From Shigella phage B2, in sequence record OM858838: a stretch of DNA of 64,000 nt; one strand, 5' to 3'. How positions within the stretch are numbered: the first letter of the stretch is position 1; each line of letters opens with the position of its first letter. Below, piece after piece: positions 47,658 through 56,906 of the stretch. A program made the position numbers and the translations under genes. Under the pieces are notes generated by a model. It saw nothing but the letters and a program-made list of their open reading frames with translations. It had not been told where the DNA came from and ran no database searches.

Positions 47658-48890
47658 TTATACAACAGCACCAGTTGAGTCTACCCATGCAGTTCCATTA
47701 AACCAAATAGGTTTACCTAACGTAGTATCAAAATGTTGTGTACCAGTTAATACTCCAATAGGTCTTTGTGCAGTAGTACCACTCAGTCCTAACGTAACAA
47801 TAGGAGTCAAGGTTACTACAATATTACCCGGCAGATAAGTTAACTGACCATTCACTACACTTTGAATATATACGTTGTTAGGTACACTAGAAGGAATCCA
47901 ATAGTAAACCTGAGACACAATATCATACAGGATACGCTTACCATTTAGAGTCTCTACAGTGTTATCACTTTTGATAACCTCTGAGTCCTTCATGTTAGTT
48001 GCTCTAGCAATCTCATACAGGCTTCTATCTGGAGATTCTAATGTAACTAACTCACCTCCAAGCTGAACTACTAATCTATCATTAGTAGATAATGGTTCAG
48101 TCAGTAAGATACGTTTGTTATCTTGGTCTACAGTATAAGATTGAGTTGATAATCCACCTTGATATCTCAATCCATTCTTAAAGATTGCTGGTACAGTTTG
48201 GAAGGTATATGGAATAACAATTACCTGTTCTCCGCCAACTGCTGCACCATTGTTATAAATCCAGTTAATAACAGTCCAACTATCAATGTTTGGATTATCA
48301 GGTACAGCAGGATTACCTGAAAGCATCAGAACAACTTCATCACCTTGCTCTAATGGCTGAGCTAAAGTAACAGTCAGATTAACAGAGTTAAAAGTAAATC
48401 CTCTGCCTACCTGTTGACGGAAACCTTCCACATAAATTTCTGGAACACCAATAGTGTAATCAGGAACTACAATAGTAGTTTCTCCACCAGCAGCAGAACC
48501 ATTATTAAATACAAATGGGATATATGCACCAGTGCCTGTAGCAGCACCGCTATTAGATGAGCCAACAACTACCCAGCTACCAGTAGCAGTAGGGTCACTT
48601 GGTAATACTCCAGTACGGTCACCTTCTACATAGAGGTAATCAGTATAGATTCTGACACCTGTAGGGGTAGAAGAATACACACGAGTATACTTAGCAGTTG
48701 TAGGTAATTCCTGTAACTCTGTAACTGAGTCAACTGTAATCAATACACCATAATCATTTAAAAAATTATAGATGAACTGAATCTCACCCAGATTATCATA
48801 TACAGTTTTAACTACATCGTAAGCAGTACCAATGAATTTCTCCACCATACCTGCTTGATTACCACAGCACGTATTTGTAGTTCGAATCAT
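47658..48890 (-). CDS. tail-associated structural protein
   Basis: Gly/Thr/Val-rich beta-type composition, late operon. Confidence 0.5.
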   Translation of the reverse strand: MIRTTNTCCGNQAGMVEKFIGTAYDVVKTVYDNLGEIQFIYNFLNDYGVLITVDSVTELQELPTTAKYTRVYSSTPTGVRIYTDYLYVEGDRTGVLPSDPTATGSWVVVGSSNSGAATGTGAYIPFVFNNGSAAGGETTIVVPDYTIGVPEIYVEGFRQQVGRGFTFNSVNLTVTLAQPLEQGDEVVLMLSGNPAVPDNPNIDSWTVINWIYNNGAAVGGEQVIVIPYTFQTVPAIFKNGLRYQGGLSTQSYTVDQDNKRILLTEPLSTNDRLVVQLGGELVTLESPDRSLYEIARATNMKDSEVIKSDNTVETLNGKRILYDIVSQVYYWIPSSVPNNVYIQSVVNGQLTYLPGNIVVTLTPIVTLGLSGTTAQRPIGVLTGTQHFDTTLGKPIWFNGTAWVDSTGAVV

Positions 48891-48891
48891 C

Positions 48892-49596
48892 TTATACCCA
48901 TCCTCTCATTTCTGGTTTAACGTTAGTTTGTGCAATGTGAGCATTGTCCAAATCTAGATTCTCAATCTTCGTACACTCTGCTTCAAATCTCTGACTCCAT
49001 TCAACCCCTTTAGCTGCTGTCTCTGGATTAGGTGAATTGGAATAAAGCTGTGAAGCAATGTAATACGTCAGAGCCTTTTCATGACTAGCTGGGATACGTA
49101 CTTCTGTATTCAAGTCTGTAGTCGTCAGAGCAATCTTAGGATGATTTGCCCTATAAGTCACAAACAATGCATTAGTTTCAATTGGATAAACAATCTGAAT
49201 GCAGTCAAATGAAGGGGTCACAATAGAACCACAGCAAGGTTCATTGTTTAAATACAACGGACAACCACATTCATCAAAGACTCTCTCTACTCTAATAACA
49301 TCATCTAAGAATCTTTCAGTTGGTGAATCCATTAAGTACTTATACTTTTCTGTAGAAGTAGTATTCATCTGAGCAAACTCACTGCGCAGATAATACTTAG
49401 AAATTTGCTCATATTGCTGAATGATTACTTCTTTTTCTAACAGAGGAAATCTGGCATGAAGGTTAGTTAAGCCAGCATTCAATTGAGCAATAACTTTAGG
49501 ATAATCTTGAGTACGAATACCCTGTCCATCATTACCAGTTCGAATGAGGCTTAACTCACCTACAGATAACATCTGAAATAATTCTGACAATTTCAT
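48892..49596 (-). CDS. structural/assembly protein
   Basis: ORF coupled to neighbours. Confidence 0.5.
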   Translation of the reverse strand: MKLSELFQMLSVGELSLIRTGNDGQGIRTQDYPKVIAQLNAGLTNLHARFPLLEKEVIIQQYEQISKYYLRSEFAQMNTTSTEKYKYLMDSPTERFLDDVIRVERVFDECGCPLYLNNEPCCGSIVTPSFDCIQIVYPIETNALFVTYRANHPKIALTTTDLNTEVRIPASHEKALTYYIASQLYSNSPNPETAAKGVEWSQRFEAECTKIENLDLDNAHIAQTNVKPEMRGWV

Positions 49597-49639
49597 AATG
49601 TAGCTCCGAGAGTTAACGTCACCACATTATAAGCCAGAG

Positions 49640-51265
49640 TTAAACCAGATAACTATCTATTCCATTGGATTGGGTTGGTTCAGGCATGTCCCATATACCA
49701 TCATCCTGTACACCTCCTGTAGAGCCTTGTGAGGGCTTCCATACTTTAAGACACCCTAACATACTGATGGTATCAATAAAGTCGTCATGCTTGCTCTTAA
49801 AGCCCTCTACAGTAGCTAACTGAAGCTCATCCATAGCTTCTAACATAATCTTCTCTTCTTTGAGTTCTTCAGGGAAATACATCTTACCTGCTTTGAACCA
49901 AGGAAGAACTGAGTTGAATCTCACCATCTTATTACTATTAGGTCGAATACCCGGTCTACTGTTATTGCCATCAGAGGCAAAATTGAACCAAATATTACGA
50001 GTCATCATCTCATTCTGAAGTAGCGGGATGAATCCACCTTGCTGACCTGTAACTTCAATGCCTACAGATTGAGGTTGGTACTCTACAACTAGTCTAAATA
50101 GGTCATCAAAGTTCTTATCCATAAGCTGGCGTCTACAAATACCATCAACCCAGAACCAATCACCATTAGAGTTGATGGCCCATACAGAAATAACTGAATA
50201 GTCAGCAGACTGTTTCTCAGAAGTAGCAAAGTCAGTAGTGATATAGAAATTAAAATGACCTCTATTCAGCAGAAGAGACTTACGCTTATACCATTGGATA
50301 TCAGAATCCATGACAAGCCTCTCTTCATCAGAGGTAATTCGTAGCATCAATTCCTGATTGAATGCAGCAACCTGTCCAGTTGATACAGCAAGGTCGTATT
50401 GCCCTTTAACGAAGTCATATGAGAAGCGGTCTTCCCAAGCTCCTACAAATTCTTCACGAGAACATGGGAATTTCTCACAAATAGGGAATACGTTTACATA
50501 CCAACCACCTGATTCTACTGCTTCATAAAGAATATCGTTCTTATTAAAGGGTGTTCCACTGAAAACAATCTTTCTACGTACAGGGTCGAGAGCATAATCG
50601 ACACCTTTGTACACAGTATCCTTGATTGCCTGCATAGTTGACTTAGATTTAGCATCATCATCACTAACTAAGTCATCCAATACAGCTAAAACAGGACGTT
50701 TACCAAAGATTTTAGTACCACGAAGACCTGTCTTAGCACCAAACATACGAACACCTAGCTTATGCCCATCAGCATTAGTGAATTCTAGGTATGCATCAGT
50801 GAATTTGGCTTCAGGAATGTACTTCTGAAGGAATTCAGAGTTGTTATAACGGTATTCGATATTCTTTCTAAGTGATTTTACCCCGTTCTCCATTGAGTCA
50901 GAGACATAAATCATACCTTCGATTTCACCAAATCCATCAATCTCCCCATATAAGGCAATATACAGAACCAGATACTCACCAAATAAGGTAGTTTTAGCCA
51001 TACCACGAGAACAAAGATTGGCTAATCGAGTACGTTTACCTGCTAACTCATCAAGCATTTTAAGATGAACAACAGGAGTAAGGTTAGATTCACCTGCTTC
51101 ACCATTAACCATCTTGATAAAGTTCACATAGTTAATTGCGAATACAGAAGGAACATAGTTACCGTCATTGAGAGTGCTGTAATCAACAGTATTCAGCCAC
51201 TCTACAACTGACTTTTTAACCATTGGGTCTTCTTTAATCATCGACACGTTCAGATTCTCCATCAA
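49640..51265 (-). CDS. terminase large subunit
   Basis: Walker-A-like SRGMAKTT, Walker-B-like PVLAVLDDLVSDDD, C-terminal acidic nuclease-like region; 541 aa. Confidence 0.7.
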   Translation of the reverse strand: MMENLNVSMIKEDPMVKKSVVEWLNTVDYSTLNDGNYVPSVFAINYVNFIKMVNGEAGESNLTPVVHLKMLDELAGKRTRLANLCSRGMAKTTLFGEYLVLYIALYGEIDGFGEIEGMIYVSDSMENGVKSLRKNIEYRYNNSEFLQKYIPEAKFTDAYLEFTNADGHKLGVRMFGAKTGLRGTKIFGKRPVLAVLDDLVSDDDAKSKSTMQAIKDTVYKGVDYALDPVRRKIVFSGTPFNKNDILYEAVESGGWYVNVFPICEKFPCSREEFVGAWEDRFSYDFVKGQYDLAVSTGQVAAFNQELMLRITSDEERLVMDSDIQWYKRKSLLLNRGHFNFYITTDFATSEKQSADYSVISVWAINSNGDWFWVDGICRRQLMDKNFDDLFRLVVEYQPQSVGIEVTGQQGGFIPLLQNEMMTRNIWFNFASDGNNSRPGIRPNSNKMVRFNSVLPWFKAGKMYFPEELKEEKIMLEAMDELQLATVEGFKSKHDDFIDTISMLGCLKVWKPSQGSTGGVQDDGIWDMPEPTQSNGIDSYLV

Positions 51266-51929
51266 TTACTAACTTGGTATGAGCTACTTCTTTAGCTGAA
51301 TAGACTCCGCCTTCAATCAGTTGTCGCTGCTTCGCAGCTAGCTGTGAGGTTAATTCCCTCAGTTCACTAATTACACCACCTTCCTGCAATCCAACATTAA
51401 GTTCAATCTTATTGGCTTCAGGACGTTTGAGATGATTAAGTAATGAGTTAGCTGCTTCACACTTAACCTTCTCACTTTTAGCATTAAGCATTAAATCTGC
51501 TTGAACGTTAATAGCTTTCTGAAAGATATCAGCATTAAGAACATGAGTTGGAACCAAAGTCTGTTCATAGATAAGGTTAACTAACTTACCTTTGTTGTAT
51601 GCAGATACATAACAATGAATATCTTTAGTGGAAGTACCGGAGTTCAAGAAGTTTTGATATCGGTCTGGGAAAGTTTTTATATAAGCTTCAAAGTTGGTAT
51701 GTCCCATTAGTTTAAAACTGACATACTTAACTGCGGATAAGTAGTCTTCAATCTTAAACTTACCATCCTTCATTACATGGGTATAAGACATTAAGTTATC
51801 TCTCAATACTTCACCCATAATGGGGTCAGAGAGAATCTTATTAATCTTATCCATTAAATCCTGATTAACACTGCCTTTATGATTTTGAGGCATTACAGCT
51901 TTAAACTGTTCTACTGATAACTGAGTCAT
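51234..51929 (-). CDS. possible terminase small subunit
   Basis: immediately upstream of and overlapping large terminase gene; no motif proof. Confidence 0.4.
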   Translation of the reverse strand: MTQLSVEQFKAVMPQNHKGSVNQDLMDKINKILSDPIMGEVLRDNLMSYTHVMKDGKFKIEDYLSAVKYVSFKLMGHTNFEAYIKTFPDRYQNFLNSGTSTKDIHCYVSAYNKGKLVNLIYEQTLVPTHVLNADIFQKAINVQADLMLNAKSEKVKCEAANSLLNHLKRPEANKIELNVGLQEGGVISELRELTSQLAAKQRQLIEGGVYSAKEVAHTKLVIDGESERVDD

Positions 51930-52103
51930 AGTTACTCCGAAGGGGTTTACAAATAGATTATCAGTACTATATAGTACTTTTCACAGAAAGTAGAAGATTC
52001 TTAAGTGAGAGGTGTATTAGAACGTAACGGACTCATTATCCAATCTACGTTCAGTTGTTAAGATTGCAGTCTTAATAACATTTGATGATACATCTCTCTC
52101 TTA

Positions 52104-52126
52104 AGCACCTTCGGTGCTCTCTTTGG
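52104..52126 (+). promoter_or_regulatory. TTC-triloop hairpin (agcacc-TTC-ggtgct) followed by CTCTTTGG, upstream of tRNA cluster
   Basis: 6-bp stem, 3-nt loop; third copy of hairpin plus TTTGG architecture. Confidence 0.4.
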
Positions 52127-52134
52127 AAAGTTTT

Positions 52135-52209
52135 GGTTCTATGGTCCAGTGGAAAGGATATTCCCCTGTCACGGGAAAGGCCCGAGTTCAATTCTCGGTA
52201 GAACCGCCA
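52135..52209 (+). tRNA. tRNA-Asp (anticodon GTC), CCA encoded
   Basis: hand-folded cloverleaf: acceptor ggttcta/tagaacc, anticodon loop CTGTCAC, T-arm ccgag-TTCAATT-ctcgg. Confidence 0.8.
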
Positions 52210-52213
52210 ATTA

Positions 52214-52288
52214 CAGGATATAGCTCAAGTTGGTTAGAGCACTCGGCTCATAACCGAGAGTGTCCAGGTTCGAAACCGGGTGGAACCA
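52214..52288 (+). tRNA. tRNA-like, anticodon CAT (Met or Ile2); acceptor stem does not pair by hand-folding, possible pseudo-tRNA
   Basis: canonical D-arm tagctcaagttggttagagca and anticodon arm ctcgg-CTCATAA-ccgag, T-loop TTCGAAA. Confidence 0.4.
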
Positions 52289-52298
52289 CCAAATAATG

Positions 52299-52383
52299 AA
52301 GAGAGTCGTATAGCGGCCCAATACGCCACCCGAACGTTACGACTAGTACGGAGAACACGCAGGTTCGAATCCTGCCTCTCTTC
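52299..52383 (+). tRNA. type II tRNA-like element, anticodon unresolved
   Basis: acceptor aagagag/ctctctt, perfect T-arm gcagg-TTCGAAT-cctgc, 85 nt; anticodon arm not foldable by eye. Confidence 0.35.
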
Positions 52384-52389
52384 ACAAAT

Positions 52390-52463
52390 TGTCTCATAGC
52401 TCAGTAGGTCAGAGCGTTCCCCTGATAAGGGAAAGGTCACTAGTTCGATTCCAATTGAGACAA
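52390..52463 (+). tRNA. tRNA-Ile (anticodon GAT)
   Basis: acceptor tgtctca/tgagaca, D-arm, anticodon loop CTGATAA; T-stem has two mismatches. Confidence 0.55.
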
Positions 52464-52605
52464 CCATCCAATAGATTACAGTTCGTATCTCTTAGGGGAA
52501 TACACTTGTAATTGCGGCCCGATAGGAAAGGGTAATTTCTCGACGATGGGAGTAGACCATTGACTGTTTGGAATAGACAACTGACGCTGTGAACGAGAAC
52601 AGGAA

Positions 52606-52692
52606 CAAGATGAGTCGTATAATAGGCAAATACAATATTCATGTTTCGCTATAGGCATGGAGAAGGAACGTGAGTTCGAGTCTCACCTCATC
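52606..52692 (+). tRNA. type II tRNA-like element, anticodon unresolved (paralogue of 52299 element)
   Basis: acceptor agatgag/ctcatca, T-arm gtgag-TTCGAGT-ctcac; shares 5' tcgtat…atac D-arm with 52299 element. Confidence 0.35.
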
Positions 52693-52794
52693 AATAGTTC
52701 TTATCAGGGATTACTTACTACTATATATCATACATTACCTCGCCTGGTGTGTTGGTGTTACCTCGGTAGATAAGTAATCCACTAATAAGAATTT

Positions 52795-52880
52795 GGAAGA
52801 TTCCGCTCAGTGGTGGGCAATCCGGTTTGAACCCGGAGGTGCTGGTAACGGTAGGGGTTCGACTCCTCAATCTTCCGCCA
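52795..52880 (+). tRNA. tRNA-Ser (anticodon TGA), type II, CCA encoded
   Basis: acceptor ggaagat/atcttcc, anticodon arm tccgg-TTTGAAC-ccgga, long variable arm, T-loop TTCGACT. Confidence 0.75.
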
Positions 52881-52886
52881 ATATTT

Positions 52887-52962
52887 GATAGGATAGCTAA
52901 CTCGGTAAAGCGGCAGACTGTTAATCTGCGACATTAGGGTTCAAATCCCTATCCCATCGCCA
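52887..52962 (+). tRNA. tRNA-Asn (anticodon GTT), CCA encoded
   Basis: anticodon arm gcaga-CTGTTAA-tctgc, T-arm taggg-TTCAAAT-cccta. Confidence 0.8.
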
Positions 52963-53127
52963 AACTTGCAGGTAACTCTGCAATCCGTGACCAGTCGGTA
53001 TGTTTATTAGTATGTAAAAGGCTGGGCTTCCTGCCTCTCATAGCCATACTCTTAAATGAATAACTGGTAGTCCAGCCAAGCGCACGAAGATGGGGACCCT
53101 CACCATCGGACAAAACGAGGGTACTAA

Positions 53128-53204
53128 GCATCCTTAGCTCAGTTGGATAGAGCAGTAGCCTTCTAAGCTATTGGTCACTGGTTCGAATCCAGTAGGGTGT
53201 ACCA
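53128..53204 (+). tRNA. tRNA-Arg (anticodon TCT), CCA encoded
   Basis: D-arm gctcagttggatagagc, anticodon loop CTTCTAA, T-arm actgg-TTCGAAT-ccagt. Confidence 0.8.
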
Positions 53205-53205
53205 A

Positions 53206-53281
53206 GCTCACTAAGTTCATATGGGTGAACGCCTGCCTTGTAAGCAGGATGAACGCGGTTCGATTCCGTGGGTGAGCACCA
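53206..53281 (+). tRNA. tRNA-Thr (anticodon TGT), CCA encoded
   Basis: acceptor gctcact/ggtgagc, anticodon arm cctgc-CTTGTAA-gcagg, T-loop TTCGATT. Confidence 0.8.
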
Positions 53282-53283
53282 AT

Positions 53284-53369
53284 GGGAGTATGGTGAAATC
53301 GGTAGACACAAGGGATTTAAAATCCCTCGGCTTATAGCTGTACGAGTTCGAGTCTCGTTACTCCCACCA
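53284..53369 (+). tRNA. tRNA-Leu (anticodon TAA), type II, CCA encoded
   Basis: acceptor gggagta/tactccc, anticodon arm aggga-TTTAAAA-tccct, long variable arm, T-arm acgag-TTCGAGT-ctcgt. Confidence 0.75.
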
Positions 53370-53392
53370 AATTAATACAAGGAAAATCCCAA

Positions 53393-53568
53393 TGCGTTTT
53401 ATCCAAATGAATTCTGGACCTAATCGTGCAGAACGCCGTAAAGCGTCTCATAATATTCGCAGAACAGAAGTAAAATCTCGTGTAGCCAAACGTATGGACC
53501 GTCCTCACAAGATGGATATCATCGATGCTGGCTATAACAAAACGATGAATTTCTTCTTCCCAGCGTAA
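53393..53568 (+). CDS. small basic protein (58 aa, below ORF-track cutoff)
   Basis: AAGGA SD 6 nt upstream of ATG; Arg/Lys-rich. Confidence 0.35.
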
Positions 53569-53688
53569 AGAACTCGCTGCCAGCGGGTGCCTGAGTACAA
53601 CTGAGTGTGGGAGCTATCAACTCCACGGTATACTTTCCTTAAAGTCGGCTCACGAGTACAAGCCTCTCAGCTATGAGTAAATAGCACT

Positions 53689-53720
53689 AAGCCTCCTTGG
53701 TCACGCAGGGAGGCTTTTTT
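53689..53720 (+). terminator. intrinsic terminator
   Basis: stem aagcctcc/ggaggctt with T-run. Confidence 0.5.
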
Positions 53721-53755
53721 ATTTCTCTTTTTCATAACATCTGAAGGATTACAAA

Positions 53756-54364
53756 ATGTCTGAAGTTAAAAAAGTTATTACCGTTTCTGACCGTTCTACC
53801 AAAGCTCTGGTAGTTGCTATTGCTGGCTTAGGCAAGATTGCCACTGACCTTCAAGGTCTAGGTGATATTACCGTTAAGTTGGCTGATGATATTGAATTCA
53901 AACAGTCCCAATTGGACAATCTGGATTCTGAATTCGAAAACAAATTCCGTGAATCTGCCGCACAACTGCGTCTGCGCGTACTGGAAGATGAAGAAGGTGT
54001 ACTTCTGAACATGCTCCAGCAGCGTGGTCTGGCACATGTCACAACCTTAGCACTGAACGAACTGCAAGATAAGCTGGTTGAAGCCACCTCTGATAACTCA
54101 GAAGCTCTGGCTCAAGCTGAATCCGCTGGCTTCCGTAAAGGTGCTGCACAGTTCGAACAGAAACTGAAAGATGCCGATGCAAACCATCGTATTGCAATGG
54201 CTGAACTTACCGCTAAATCCAACGCGAAAGACGATAAAATCGCTCTGCTGGAAAGCCAACTGGAAGATGCACGTAAGCAGATTACTGCTGAACGTGAAAC
54301 CCGTCTGGCAGTAGCACAGGCTGAATCTGCTCGTCAGGGTGTTGTAGTAAACACCGGTAAGTAA
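53756..54364 (+). CDS. coiled-coil protein, codon-optimised (highly expressed)
   Basis: GAAGGA SD; Ala/Glu/Leu-rich heptad-like sequence; host-optimal codons. Confidence 0.7.
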   Translation: MSEVKKVITVSDRSTKALVVAIAGLGKIATDLQGLGDITVKLADDIEFKQSQLDNLDSEFENKFRESAAQLRLRVLEDEEGVLLNMLQQRGLAHVTTLALNELQDKLVEATSDNSEALAQAESAGFRKGAAQFEQKLKDADANHRIAMAELTAKSNAKDDKIALLESQLEDARKQITAERETRLAVAQAESARQGVVVNTGK

Positions 54365-54992
54365 TAAACTCAGATTGTCGTTTTACTACGACGATTGGGA
54401 TAGCAAGCTGGCTCTGCTTAAACCAGCGCATAGTAATGAGAGCATTTGCAGGGGCGATGGATTGATGTTATTTAACCATGCGTGTAAGTGTTCTCTTTAC
54501 TATGCTGCCATAGTAACCCGAAGATTGCTTTCCTTAGAGGAAGCAGAGTTTAAACAGGTATATCCTGTCCTGTATTGAAGGTGTAACAACTGAATATACC
54601 AGAGTACTAGAACTCTGTTACCGAACTCAGGGAGTTGCTGGCCTAACCAGCTTAACATCCTATCAATGAGTACACTTGATTGAGGTCAGAAGATGAAATG
54701 AAGCTTCTGTAAAATGAATCCACAGAGTGTACTCTTTGATAGTTTTCGTATGCGATTATGCGGTTTTTTAAAAACGAACCATAAAACATAAATGCAAACG
54801 ATGATGTTGTTCTGATGGCGGCTTAACAGCCTATAAATCAGTGAGGTATTCCAGTTCCTCATAACAGAATCTGGCGCACTGGCCCGGTGTGATTAATAAT
54901 GGGCAACCAATATCTCTTTAAGTGTATTGAATCAGTATATTTACAGAGATACGCGCCAAGTATATCTCACTTCCGAATACGTTGATTATTTT

Positions 54993-55019
54993 GCCCATCT
55001 CCCTTGATGGGCTTTTTTT
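54993..55019 (+). terminator. intrinsic terminator at start of early region
   Basis: stem gcccatc/gatgggc with T7 run. Confidence 0.55.
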
Positions 55020-55113
55020 ATCCCAATCCCCGCCTTACGCTTATGCGCTTCCATCGCTCACTACGTTCGCTCGGAGCGCTTCGCTTCAGGCTAGTCGTAG
55101 GAGACTCTTAAGA

Positions 55114-56376
55114 ATGTCTACCCCTTGTGAAAGATTAGGTTATAAAGAAGGAATGCAGTTCACTCTCGTCAACGATGATGTTGATGGATTGAGTGCTGGT
55201 GATACCCTCTGGCTTCATAGTGATGATGGTTCACATAATCCTGAATTCCGTGATACTGAAAAAGTAAACGATGATACTGAAACCTACTACATCGATTTAA
55301 ACTGTGTAGCTCGTTGTACCGAAGATGAAACACTCGCCTATAACCGTGGCTTAAGAGAAGGAGATATCCTTCAGATGGTTATGGATGATGATGGTGAGGA
55401 AGCCTATGAAGGCGATATCATCACATTCATCAAAGATGATGGAGATACCTGTCCTCAATTTGAAGTACAGAAGGATGGTAATAAGGCTTACCTGTACCTC
55501 TCTCATGTAGGTGGATTAGAACCTAAAGTAGGTCGTAAGGTTCGTGTAATCCATAACTGTACTGGTGGGTTCTCTTCAGGTACTGAAGGAACTATTGTTG
55601 ATATCTGTTCTGATGGGGACTATTTGATTGCAGCACGTGGAGATACCATGTATCACCATGCTGACTCCTGTATTGTCTTCGGCTATGCAGATGACGAATC
55701 CTCTGACAGTAAAGACCCTGAACCAGTAAAAGAAGATTACCCAACTAAACCTGCTTCTGAATGGAAACAAGGTGATAGAGGTATTGTTCGTGGTCAGCAA
55801 GATAATGACCCACATAACTTCCAGATTGGTGAAGAGATTACCTTTGAACGGGGAAGAGACTCAGAAAGAGGTATCTTCCGAGGTACTAAGTACACTTCTA
55901 CTCAAAACATTCAATATGATTTGATTGAAGTAGTCTCTATTGAACCGTACCCAATCACTGTTACTAAAGTATCCAAAGAGAATCCTGTAGCCTGTATCAA
56001 AGCTATACGTGCTGCTACTGGGTTAGGTTTGTATGAAGCTAAACAAGCTTATGACTTTGTTAGAGATAACGAAGAACCATACAGCTTACAGATAATCATC
56101 TCTAAAGGTGAGTTAACTCATCTCTTTACTGAAGCAGGTATCGAATACTTCTTTGATAGACAAACTGAAGTATCTGGAACCAAACCAACAGTAATCATCT
56201 GTGATGAGTTAGCTGATACTTCTAAGAAGTATAAATACTTCATTGATGGTGATTCCATTGAAGTAACATTAGTTGGATACTTCGAAGGTGAACCCATCTG
56301 TGCTTACAAAGACAGATGGGGTGATATTCAAACCTTCGTAGCTAAACAATCACTTCTGGTATCTGATGATGACTAA
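55114..56376 (+). CDS. early protein with acidic DDG-repeat N-terminal region and ribosomal protein L7/L12 C-terminal-domain-like segment
   Basis: VACIKAIRAATGLGLYEAKQAYDFV closely parallels the L7/L12 CTD core [29 protein letters not shown] SD before ATG 55114 (track ORF start 54982 rejected). Confidence 0.6.
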   Translation: MSTPCERLGYKEGMQFTLVNDDVDGLSAGDTLWLHSDDGSHNPEFRDTEKVNDDTETYYIDLNCVARCTEDETLAYNRGLREGDILQMVMDDDGEEAYEGDIITFIKDDGDTCPQFEVQKDGNKAYLYLSHVGGLEPKVGRKVRVIHNCTGGFSSGTEGTIVDICSDGDYLIAARGDTMYHHADSCIVFGYADDESSDSKDPEPVKEDYPTKPASEWKQGDRGIVRGQQDNDPHNFQIGEEITFERGRDSERGIFRGTKYTSTQNIQYDLIEVVSIEPYPITVTKVSKENPVACIKAIRAATGLGLYEAKQAYDFVRDNEEPYSLQIIISKGELTHLFTEAGIEYFFDRQTEVSGTKPTVIICDELADTSKKYKYFIDGDSIEVTLVGYFEGEPICAYKDRWGDIQTFVAKQSLLVSDDD

Positions 56377-56547
56377 ACTACCTGGCATTGGTACTAAACC
56401 TTTGTTTGTAATTGATGGCCTCAATCCTGTTGAGGTCTCTATTGTCGCCCACTACAAAGACAAAGCTGTATTCATCTACTTAACCAAAGATAAGTTTGAA
56501 CGAGTAGATATGGCTACAGCTCCCTGCTTCAGGAACCAAAAGTAATC

Positions 56548-56790
56548 ATGGTAAAAGACCCACTTGCTCTCTCATTAGAAAAACGTAAGCTATGGAGAAG
56601 GGCTGCTACTCGATGGTTAGAACTATTAACATCCAGAGACTTAACAGCTACTGAGATGGATTGGGTCTTAGCCAGAAGAGACTATTGCACTAGAAAGACT
56701 AAGAGAGCAGAACCTCTTATAGATTCTGGAGTAATACACGGAGCACCTAACTCATTTATCTATGATTACTTTGGCTTTCTCCGTAAATGA
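56548..56790 (+). CDS. hypothetical early protein
   Basis: 80-aa ORF. Confidence 0.45.
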   Translation: MVKDPLALSLEKRKLWRRAATRWLELLTSRDLTATEMDWVLARRDYCTRKTKRAEPLIDSGVIHGAPNSFIYDYFGFLRK

Positions 56791-56906
56791 ATAATGGGGT
56801 ACAGATAGTACCCCATTTCATAAACCAGTATCAAACCAATAGTAACTAACTCTATCACTAACCATTTCATCTCCCTACCCTCATAACATTCATAGGAACC
56901 AATCCA

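Noticed and set aside
52963-53127. Possible additional tRNA in the 165-nt spacer
   Set aside because: No T-loop (GTTCRA) or foldable cloverleaf found on either strand; left as an unassigned spacer.
52114-53131. Short ORFs (both strands) across the tRNA cluster
   Set aside because: They overlap hand-folded tRNAs; reading frames are incidental.
54982-55113. N-terminal extension of the first early ORF (track start 54982)
   Set aside because: Extension overlaps the terminator and hairpin region and has no SD; ATG at 55114 has an AGGAG SD at the right spacing.
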